Positions 19,796 to 27,107 of a stretch of DNA of 64,000 nt are shown piece by piece. Within the stretch, counting starts at the first letter, position 1. Every line of letters starts with the position of its first letter. The DNA is from an uncultured bacterium. Its GTDB lineage: Bacteria; Verrucomicrobiota; Verrucomicrobiia; Verrucomicrobiales; DEV007. The position numbers were made by a program, and so were the translations under genes. The notes under the pieces were generated by a model. The model was not told the DNA's origin, searched no databases, and was given only the letters and a program-made list of their open reading frames with translations. Location: positions 192,001-256,000 of the forward strand of contig CAXBMO010000004.1 of the NCBI GenBank assembly GCA_963977015.1. Reading direction: 5' to 3'.

Positions 19796-20674
19796 ATGCA
19801 GAGTTCGGCTCTGAACTCTGATCTGCACATCTGTATCGCTGGTCCCGGCCTCCTGGGAGGCTCGATCGCGCTTGGAATCCAAAAACACCTCCCCAACGCC
19901 TCCCTATCCATTTGGGCGCGGCGGGAGGAAGCACGCCAGGAACTGCGGGATCGCGGATTTGCGGAAAGCCAGGTTTTCGCGGATTTGTCCGAATCCGCCC
20001 ATGGCGCCAATCTGCTGATCCTTGCCACACCGATCGGCGTGATGGCCCATCTCGCCAAAGAAATCGTCGAGCATGCGGAGCTCGCCGAGGACGCCGTCGT
20101 CACGGACGTGGGAAGCGTCAAAGGAAGCGTGGTCGCCGAATTGGAGCCGATTTTCCACGATCGGGGAATCTGCTTTATCGGCTCCCATCCCATGGCGGGA
20201 TCGGAGAAAACCGGGTTGGAACATTCCGATCCGGAATTGCTGCGCGGTGCTCGCTGCATCATCACACCAACCGGCCAGCCGGACACCAAAGTCCAGTGCG
20301 TCGAATCATTTTGGCGGAGCCTGGGCGCATCGACGCACATCCTGACCCCGGCAGAACACGATCGCGTGGTTGCCCGCATCAGCCATCTTCCCCATGCGGC
20401 CGCTTCCGCGATCACCGCGGCAGCCATCGGTTCCGACACCTCGCCCATTCAGTTGAGCGGAGGCGGATTTCGAGACACGACCCGGGTTGCCGCGGGTGCA
20501 CCGGAAATGTGGGCGGAGATTCTCTTGGAAAATCAGGTCGAAGTTCTGGCCGCGTTAGAGGATTTGAGTGCGAATGTGAGCGAAATACTTGAGTTTTTGC
20601 GTAAAAGGGACCAAAAGAAGCTTGCCGCCTATTTGGCGCGCGCCAAAGAACTCCGCGATCTTCTCGCGGAGTAA
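19796..20674 (+). CDS. tyrA: Prephenate/arogenate dehydrogenase
   Basis: GPGLLGGS, TDVGSVK, HPMAGSE, HD....ISHLPH and GFRDTTR motifs. Confidence 0.93.
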   Translation: MQSSALNSDLHICIAGPGLLGGSIALGIQKHLPNASLSIWARREEARQELRDRGFAESQVFADLSESAHGANLLILATPIGVMAHLAKEIVEHAELAEDAVVTDVGSVKGSVVAELEPIFHDRGICFIGSHPMAGSEKTGLEHSDPELLRGARCIITPTGQPDTKVQCVESFWRSLGASTHILTPAEHDRVVARISHLPHAAASAITAAAIGSDTSPIQLSGGGFRDTTRVAAGAPEMWAEILLENQVEVLAALEDLSANVSEILEFLRKRDQKKLAAYLARAKELRDLLAE

Positions 20675-20764
20675 ACCAACTCCAAAATTTCGAAGTTGGG
20701 AACTCGGGTTCAGGTAAATCGACCTCCGAGTCTTCCGCTTCAGCTACTTCATCCCTCCCACTCA

Positions 20765-22165
20765 ATGGCGGAATTCAAGGTCAAGCGTTGTCGCCCGATC
20801 ACGGCGGAAATCACCGTGCCCGGAGATAAAAGCATCTCGCACCGGTCCATCATGATGTCGGCTCTCGCGAACGGCCCGTGCGTGATCGACGGTTTTTTAC
20901 CCAGTGAAGACTGTTTGGCAACGGTCAGCGCCTTTCGCCAGCTCGGCGTCAAAATCATCTTTGAAGAAGAAAACGCAGCCGGCCCAACCCGTCTCAAGGT
21001 TCACGGTCGAAAGGGACAACTGAAGTCCCCCGACGAGCCCATCGACTGCGGAAACTCCGGGACCACCATGCGATTGATGACCGGCATCCTCGCGGGCCAA
21101 CCGGTTGGTTTCAAAGCGGAACTGGTCGGCGACGAATCCCTCATGAGGCGTCCGATGCGGCGAATCATCGAGCCTCTCACGATCATGGGCGGACGCATTA
21201 CCGCCAAAGGCGAAGGCGACACGGCGCCCGTGGTGATTCGCGGATCACAGCTCCACGCAATCGATTATCAACTTCCCGTCGCGAGTGCCCAGGTCAAAAG
21301 CGCGGTCCTGCTCGCGTCCTTGTTCACCAAGGGAAAAACCACCATTACCGAACCGACACGGACGCGGGATCATACCGAGCGGATGCTCAACTTTTATCGG
21401 GTCAAAACGCTGCGGAACGAAGATCGCATCTCGATTTGGGGCGGTCAGACGCTTGAATCACGCGATTTCACGGTTCCTGGAGACATTTCCAGTGCGGCAT
21501 TCTGGGTAATCGCCGCCGCGGCGATGCCGGGCGCGCACCTCTCCATTCGAAACGTGGGTCTCAATGAAACGCGGACCGGGATTCTCAAAACGTTGATCCG
21601 AATGGGAGCCCAAATCACGGAAGTGATCGAGAACAGCGACCATGGCGAACCAATCGGGAGTATCGAGATCCACGGTGGCCGCCTCAAAGGCACGATCATC
21701 GAAGGAGAAGACATTCCCAACGTCATCGACGAGCTTCCCGTCATCGCAGTTGCCGGTGCCCTTGCCGAAGGAAGAACCACCATTCGCGACGCCAAGGAGT
21801 TGCGCGTCAAGGAATCGGACCGGATCGCCAGCGTCGCGAACAATCTGCGCCTCATGGGCGTCGAGGTTCAGGAGTTTTTCGACGGGATGGAAATTCAGGG
21901 CGGCGCGAAACTGCAGGGAGCGCGACTCAACAGCTTTGGAGATCACCGCGTGGGAATGGCCTTCGCGATCGCCGGCCTCTACGCGGATGGCGAAACCATC
22001 ATCGAAGACACGGACTGCATCAATACTTCTTACCCCGGCTTCCAGGAACAGCTGGGAAAGTTGCTCAAGACGCGGAGTGACAGCTACACTCCGGTCATTT
22101 CCTCGCTCAATCCCTCGATCGAGTTTGAACCGGACCACCGCTACATGCGCTCAGACGAGATGTGA
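20765..22165 (+). CDS. aroA: 3-phosphoshikimate 1-carboxyvinyltransferase (class II EPSP synthase)
   Basis: PGDKSISHR, CGNSGTTMRL, SAQVKSA, RDHTERM, ELRVKESDR and DHR motifs. ATG at 20765. Confidence 0.97.
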   Translation: MAEFKVKRCRPITAEITVPGDKSISHRSIMMSALANGPCVIDGFLPSEDCLATVSAFRQLGVKIIFEEENAAGPTRLKVHGRKGQLKSPDEPIDCGNSGTTMRLMTGILAGQPVGFKAELVGDESLMRRPMRRIIEPLTIMGGRITAKGEGDTAPVVIRGSQLHAIDYQLPVASAQVKSAVLLASLFTKGKTTITEPTRTRDHTERMLNFYRVKTLRNEDRISIWGGQTLESRDFTVPGDISSAAFWVIAAAAMPGAHLSIRNVGLNETRTGILKTLIRMGAQITEVIENSDHGEPIGSIEIHGGRLKGTIIEGEDIPNVIDELPVIAVAGALAEGRTTIRDAKELRVKESDRIASVANNLRLMGVEVQEFFDGMEIQGGAKLQGARLNSFGDHRVGMAFAIAGLYADGETIIEDTDCINTSYPGFQEQLGKLLKTRSDSYTPVISSLNPSIEFEPDHRYMRSDEM

Positions 22166-22227
22166 GGCCGTCAGTCTAAGATTTTGGTTTTCAGCCCCTT
22201 ATTTCTCGCTATGGGAAGCGCAAAGAT

Positions 22228-23523
22228 TTGAGCGCTCACAATCACATCGTTGTTGCCATTGATGGCCCCGCCGCTTCGGGCAAAAGCAGCGTCGCCAAGA
22301 TCCTCGCCCGCGAATTCGGATTCACGTTCGTCAATTCCGGAGCGATGTATCGCGCGATGACATGGCACACCCTCGAACAAGGGATCGATCCCGCTGATTC
22401 CGAGGCCGTCATCCGACTTCTGCACGAAACCAATTTCACCTGCGGCGTCCGCGATGGCGCCTCCACGGTCGCCGTCAACGGAAGAGAATTGAACGACGAG
22501 TTGCGCGAGCAACGGGTCAATGACGCGGTCTCCGCGGTTTCCGCCATTCCGGAAGTGCGCGTGCGCTTGGTCGATGAACAACGCCGCTACCAGGAACTGA
22601 CGGACGTGATTACGGAAGGACGCGATATCGGAACCGTCGTTTTTCCGGATACGCCCTACAAATTTTACCTCGACGCTTCCCCTGAAGTTCGCGCAAAACG
22701 CCGCGGAGCGGAAGGAGTCACCGACGACATTCGCCTACGGGATCGCCAGGACAGCAACCGCAAAACCGCGCCACTTCGCCCCGCGCCCGATGCCGAAATG
22801 CTGGATTCGAGCCACATGACGCTCGAAGAAGTTGCCTCACACATTTCGCTTCACCTTCGCACCCGTGGCATTCGCCGGGACCGCACCCGGAAGCAACAAC
22901 CCAAGTGCTCCTTTCTTTATCGTGCTCTCAAATTCAGCGCCCGGTGGATCTACACAGCACTCTATCGCTTCCAGATTCATTATCCGGAACGCGCTGAAAT
23001 CCCGGGCGGAGCACTCATCGCCTCCAACCACATCAGCTTCTTCGATCCGCCCATCGTGGGCTGCTGGATGAACGAGCCGATCCACTACATGGCCCGAAAA
23101 ACCTTGTTCAGCACTCCTGCCGCCGACTGGGTCTATCGCGAACTGAACTCGATTCCCGTCGATCAGGAACAGGCCGATATGTCGACCTTTCGAACGGTCA
23201 TCGGATTGGTGAAAAAAGGGGAGAAGGTCCTGATTTTTCCCGAAGGCGAGCGCACCAGTGACGGGAATCTGGGCAAAGGCCAGCGCGGCGTCGGCATGCT
23301 GATTGGCAAATCCCATGCGCCGGTCATTCCGATGCGCATTTTCGGTTCTTTCGAGATTTTTCCCCGCGGCGCCAAGTTCCCCCGCCCTCATGGCAAGCTT
23401 GACCTGGTCGTTGGCGAACCCATCTATTTCACGGATGAAGAACTGAACGCCAAAGGCAAAAAAGCGAGTCAGTATCTTGCCGACAAAGTGATGGAAGAAA
23501 TCGGGAAGCTGAAAATTCCGTAG
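22228..23523 (+). CDS. cmk: Fused cytidylate kinase / 1-acyl-sn-glycerol-3-phosphate acyltransferase
   Basis: N-terminal IDGPAASGKS and EGRDIGTVVFP (Cmk). C-terminal NHISFFDP and FPEGER (PlsC). One continuous frame. Confidence 0.92.
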   Translation: MSAHNHIVVAIDGPAASGKSSVAKILAREFGFTFVNSGAMYRAMTWHTLEQGIDPADSEAVIRLLHETNFTCGVRDGASTVAVNGRELNDELREQRVNDAVSAVSAIPEVRVRLVDEQRRYQELTDVITEGRDIGTVVFPDTPYKFYLDASPEVRAKRRGAEGVTDDIRLRDRQDSNRKTAPLRPAPDAEMLDSSHMTLEEVASHISLHLRTRGIRRDRTRKQQPKCSFLYRALKFSARWIYTALYRFQIHYPERAEIPGGALIASNHISFFDPPIVGCWMNEPIHYMARKTLFSTPAADWVYRELNSIPVDQEQADMSTFRTVIGLVKKGEKVLIFPEGERTSDGNLGKGQRGVGMLIGKSHAPVIPMRIFGSFEIFPRGAKFPRPHGKLDLVVGEPIYFTDEELNAKGKKASQYLADKVMEEIGKLKIP

Positions 23524-23546
23524 GGAGCGTTCCCGCCTGCCCGGCT

Positions 23547-24410
23547 TCAGAAACGGATCGTGATTCCCGTGAACAACTGAAGGTCGCGAGCCGCGTCGTT
23601 CAGTCCGGCAACAACACCGGCATCGAGAACGGTGTCATCATCCAACGCAAACGTCATCCCGCCACTGAAGTGAGCCTGGTAAGGAGAAAGCGGTGAGGCG
23701 ATGCCGATGTATTCGGTATAAAGCCCAAGTTGCTCAGTGACTTCAAAACCAAGCACAGCGGTGTGGAAGAACTCCAACTCGTGTTCGCCGGTGAAGGGAT
23801 CAAAAACGACATCGACCTCCGGCATCAGTCCCAACCCGACTCGGTCACAAAGATCGAGGGCGAAAGGAAAGGCGATCCCTCCCTCAATCTCGTCGTTGCT
23901 CAGTTGGCTCCCGGTGGGGATTTTGATGAATGGAAGCAGACCAAACGCGGTGCGTCCTCCGTCGTTGCCCCAAACGTTATGCTTGAGCCTCAATTGAACG
24001 TCACTCAGTCCTTCCACGGTCTCGGTGGGTGCGTCCGTGGAGCGGGTTTCCTCGTGAGTGTAGACATCGAAGACCACCTGAAGGTCCGTGTTCTCCCAAA
24101 GGCCGAATTTAAGATTCGCCGCCGCAAAAACATAGGCTTCGAATTCACCGCCATCGCTCAGATCATCAAATGCCCAATCCAGGAAGCTGATCTCCAATTG
24201 GAGATGCCCCGCATCAACGGTAATCGGACTTTCGGTTCCATCAGGGCGATCGGCAGAGAGGTCGCGAAGCTCGGAGTCCGGGACCGGATTAAACCAGTAG
24301 TGAGGACGAGCAGACTCCGCCGGGAGTTGGGAACTCTCAGGATCACCGGCAAAGAGTTGGATCATTCCGCAAACGAAAAAGCAGGTCGAATAGGTGTGAA
24401 TTGACTTCAT
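23547..24410 (-). CDS. Outer-membrane beta-barrel transporter, MetA-pathway/phenol degradation (COG4313-like) family
   Basis: Signal peptide; DRPDGTESPITVDAGHLQLE motif; alternating beta strands; C-terminal Phe (GITIRF). Confidence 0.82.
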   Translation of the reverse strand: MKSIHTYSTCFFVCGMIQLFAGDPESSQLPAESARPHYWFNPVPDSELRDLSADRPDGTESPITVDAGHLQLEISFLDWAFDDLSDGGEFEAYVFAAANLKFGLWENTDLQVVFDVYTHEETRSTDAPTETVEGLSDVQLRLKHNVWGNDGGRTAFGLLPFIKIPTGSQLSNDEIEGGIAFPFALDLCDRVGLGLMPEVDVVFDPFTGEHELEFFHTAVLGFEVTEQLGLYTEYIGIASPLSPYQAHFSGGMTFALDDDTVLDAGVVAGLNDAARDLQLFTGITIRF

Positions 24411-24515
24411 AAAATTAGGTAAGCCTAAATCTTATAGCCGCAACTAACTTTTGAGGCTGGAGAGTTTCGATCAAAAAACCGGAAAAACGGTGACTCAAAT
24501 CTTCGACACCCGATC
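24387..24515. repeat. Direct repeat copy 1 (first 8 codons plus upstream region of the transporter)
   Basis: cgaataggtgtgaattgacttcat is identical at 24387-24410 and 25887-25910. Similarity continues about 100 bp with indels. Confidence 0.9.
24415..24447. promoter_or_regulatory. Tandem DtxR/MntR-family-like operator boxes
   Basis: TTAGGTAAGCCTAA (24415-24428) and ATAGCCGCAACTAA (24434-24447) fit TTAG-N6-CTAA, the second with one mismatch. They lie immediately upstream of the transporter start codon. Confidence 0.55.
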
Positions 24516-24520
24516 AGCCC

Positions 24521-24545
24521 GTAGCGGAAGATGCAAAATCTTCCG
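24521..24545 (+). repeat. GTAG-family REP hairpin
   Basis: GTAG-CGGAAGAT-gcaaa-ATCTTCCG: a perfect 8-bp stem preceded by GTAG. Confidence 0.7.
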
Positions 24546-24621
24546 AAGAAGGCTGTTCGTTCGAAAAGATCCGGCAGGTTGAGAAAAGGTGAACATCCTG
24601 GTGCAAATCTTGGCCATCGGG

Positions 24622-24683
24622 CAGGTATCAGGCGTCAGGTAACAGCCGTCAGGTATCAGCTTCGAGCACTGACCGCTGTCACC
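24622..24683. repeat. Heptamer tandem repeat forming a fold-back
   Basis: caggtat caggcgt caggtaa cagccgt caggtat cagcttc, then ctgaccgctgtcacct, whose reverse complement matches aggtaacagccgtcag at 14/16. Confidence 0.6.
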
Positions 24684-24981
24684 TATAAACGGCGCCCCGC
24701 AAAGCCAAGCCATCCTAACACAATCCGAATCGACATGTCATGGGAACGTACGGACTCGTCCCGCAGAAAACACGCCATCCGCCATCGGTCCCACTGCCTC
24801 TCGCGTTGCTGGTGACAAATCGGCGGAGCGATTCGTCACGCAGGGCTGTGCGCATCACGTTACCGGGTCAACCCAGCGTTGCTTGCTCCGCAAGTCGCTC
24901 AACCTCAGCCTGAAATCGAAACCGCAAAGGAGGCACGAGGGCCCGTTCAACAACCGATAGCTCCGGGGCAAAGCACGGAAG

Positions 24982-25599
24982 CTATCTTTGGAGTTCTGCC
25001 TTGTTGTGGCAAGTCTTACATAGAGCTTCAAGACGAGCACTTCGATGTATCTCATCAAAGACTTCCTTAACCCTCCCCTCTGGCCTCACGCGAAATTCTT
25101 CAAGCTTAAACCAATCCCAGTGAGCCATCTCCTTTGCAATAGCTTCGTCTCCAGCAGTCCTCATCACCTCTACCACGATATTCTTCCACGTTGGTTCTTC
25201 ATGGTGGACGTCATCCGGCGGGACTAGTCCGCACCGTTCACAAAGTTCGTGTTGCTTGCGATAGGAGATTTTCTGGCTAACAATCTCGAGACGCAGAGCC
25301 TTGCTAAGAGCTTCCTTCTTCTTCCTACTCGTCTTCGACGCAGCATCACGCCAAGACACCGGATGCCACCCTATGCCCTCAAAGTCACCATAGAATCTAT
25401 AAGGGTTATCTTCGGAGGTCTTTTTGAATCTCCGCGGCCGCAGGCCCTGTGGGCCACAAACATAATGTCGCTCACTTATCAAGTCAGAGAGCAGTTCATC
25501 CTCGAATGGAGTATTCATCTGCTGAACGTTGACGCGAGATTGAACTTCGGCGACGAGCTTTCCAAAAGTTTTGAAACTACGCCAAGCATTCGACTTCAT
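24982..25599 (-). CDS. HNH-like endonuclease with possible DCL/DUF3223-like N-terminal domain
   Basis: CERCG...DDVHHEEP...LEALCKTCHNK (two CxxC pairs plus HH and H). Visibly lower GC than the flanks. Confidence 0.7.
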   Translation of the reverse strand: MKSNAWRSFKTFGKLVAEVQSRVNVQQMNTPFEDELLSDLISERHYVCGPQGLRPRRFKKTSEDNPYRFYGDFEGIGWHPVSWRDAASKTSRKKKEALSKALRLEIVSQKISYRKQHELCERCGLVPPDDVHHEEPTWKNIVVEVMRTAGDEAIAKEMAHWDWFKLEEFRVRPEGRVKEVFDEIHRSARLEALCKTCHNKAELQR

Positions 25600-25604
25600 G
25601 GATT

Positions 25605-25632
25605 TTTCAGCATAACAGTATTTGTCCGTACC
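25605..25632 (-). other. dif-like / attI-like tyrosine recombinase site
   Basis: Minus strand GGTACGGACAA-ATACTG-TTATGCTGAAA. Each 11-bp arm matches E. coli dif at 8/11 with a 6-bp spacer. It contains GTTATGC 10 nt before the HNH ATG. Confidence 0.5.
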
Positions 25633-25852
25633 CCCCCTGGGATCGCAAGGGTTTTGTCGGGATTAGTGCCTCTATCCAGGAAGATGAATGGGAGAATTTC
25701 ACGCGTCGGCGACGATCCGGATATCAGGACTCTTTGCATCTCGCCACGAACCGAGGGCTTCAAAAGAACAGTCTTGCTTGACCTTACTTTTCCACCGCGT
25801 TTGGATGCCTGTCATGAAGGCGCTTCGTGGCAGGGATCAGGAGCTTCGGGGA

Positions 25853-25876
25853 CGGCGTTTTGGCAAACGCCGCTAC
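25853..25876 (-). repeat. GTAG-family REP hairpin (inverted relative to 24521)
   Basis: Minus strand GTAG-CGGCGTTT-gcca-AAACGCCG, a perfect 8-bp stem. Confidence 0.7.
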
Positions 25877-25886
25877 AGTCGATGCA

Positions 25887-26007
25887 CGAATAGGTGTGAA
25901 TTGACTTCATGGAATTAGGTAAGACTAACTTTTGCCGCAGGAGAGTTTTGATCAAAAAACTTCAAAAAACTTCAAAAAACGGTGACTAAAATCTCCGTCG
26001 CCCCATC
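25887..26007. repeat. Direct repeat copy 2 (degenerate; 19-bp deletion and 10-mer expansion)
   Basis: Matches copy 1. Contains TTAGGTAAGACTAA (25915-25928) and three wtcaaaaaac units at 25951-25980. Confidence 0.88.
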
Positions 26008-26188
26008 TAAATAAGTGTCTGAACTGCACCGTTCGTGTGGTTCGTTCAACCAGCAACAACCTCCTCCTGGCCCGAGGGGCATTCCGGGGACGCAGCCGGG
26101 GTGCCCCTCAATTTTTTTGGGGAGCATCGTTCCCGGGTTGACCGGAATTGAACCTTGATTGGTGGCAATGTTAGGCCAAAATCCGGCC

Positions 26189-26872
26189 ATGCCCCAAGAT
26201 GCGCTCGAAGTCCGCCCCTCTGCAAAACCGAATCACGTCAAAGCGCTCGATGGAACCGAGCTGGCCATTCCTGAAGGCTGGGCGTTGCTCGAACCCGGCG
26301 ATCCCGCGCTCAGTCGCCGGATCAAGAAGGACGGACCCACCTGGACGGTGAAGGAAGCGAAGGGGCGCAAGATGTTCTCCCGCGGCATCTGGGCTCCCGC
26401 AGAACGCATCGAAGCGCTTCGCGCCGAGCTGGAAGTCGAACGTCAGGATCCCGCTTATCAGCGCAAACTCGACGCCGGCCGTGAGCGAAGGGAAAAGGAA
26501 CAGGAAGCTTACGCGAAGGAATTTCGCCGTGCCGTTTTCGAGTATCTGGATTTTGCTCCGGAGCATCGGGATTCCGCCGAGGCGTTGGCCACGGCGATCG
26601 CCACTCACGCCGTGCCGGTCGGAAGCGGAACCGTGGCGCGAACCCAGCGCATTCCGATCGAACGCCGGGCTGAGGCCGCCACGATTGCCTGGATGCGCCA
26701 CCAGACCACGGCCTACGATCACATGAAGATTCCCCGGGAGAAAGGTCGTCGCCGCGAGGTTCGCCGAATGCTGGCCCAGCACTCCAAGCACCTTTTGGGG
26801 TGCTATCGTCAAGGCGGGGAAATTCCGGAAACCTGCCCGCTGCGCCAAAGCCTCAACGGACTGCAGGCCTAG
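26189..26872 (+). CDS. DUF2293 domain-containing protein
   Basis: HAVPVGSGTVART and A.IAWMRHQTTAYD motifs. ATG at 26189. Confidence 0.8.
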   Translation: MPQDALEVRPSAKPNHVKALDGTELAIPEGWALLEPGDPALSRRIKKDGPTWTVKEAKGRKMFSRGIWAPAERIEALRAELEVERQDPAYQRKLDAGRERREKEQEAYAKEFRRAVFEYLDFAPEHRDSAEALATAIATHAVPVGSGTVARTQRIPIERRAEAATIAWMRHQTTAYDHMKIPREKGRRREVRRMLAQHSKHLLGCYRQGGEIPETCPLRQSLNGLQA

Positions 26873-26875
26873 GGC

Positions 26876-27097
26876 GCAGGGGGTTGAAAAACTCCGCGCC
26901 GCCGCGAAGACAGTTCATTGGGGTAGGTAAATATGGCTTCGCGTGGTTTCGGTTGTTGTCTTCCCTGCGGGCGCAAGCTGCTGAAGCTGTGGGCGTTGTT
27001 GCTCCTTGGGCACGAATCTCGATTCGCTTCCTCGTCGCGTCTAGCCCACAACTCCAGCAGCTAGCGCGCGGCAACACGGAGTTTTTCAACACCCTGC
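26876..27097. mobile_element. MITE-like non-autonomous element (222 bp) with 21-bp terminal inverted repeats
   Basis: Left gcagggggttgaaaaactccg versus right reverse complement gcagggtgttgaaaaactccg (20/21). Internal inverted repeat gctgctgaagctgtgggc / gcccacaactccagcagc. Lies between convergent genes. Confidence 0.72.
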
Positions 27098-27107
27098 TAA
27101 CCGAACT

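Noticed and set aside
24387-26007. CRISPR array or prophage att pair
   Set aside because: There are only two long degenerate repeats, with no regular spacers, cas genes, intact integrase or phage genes.
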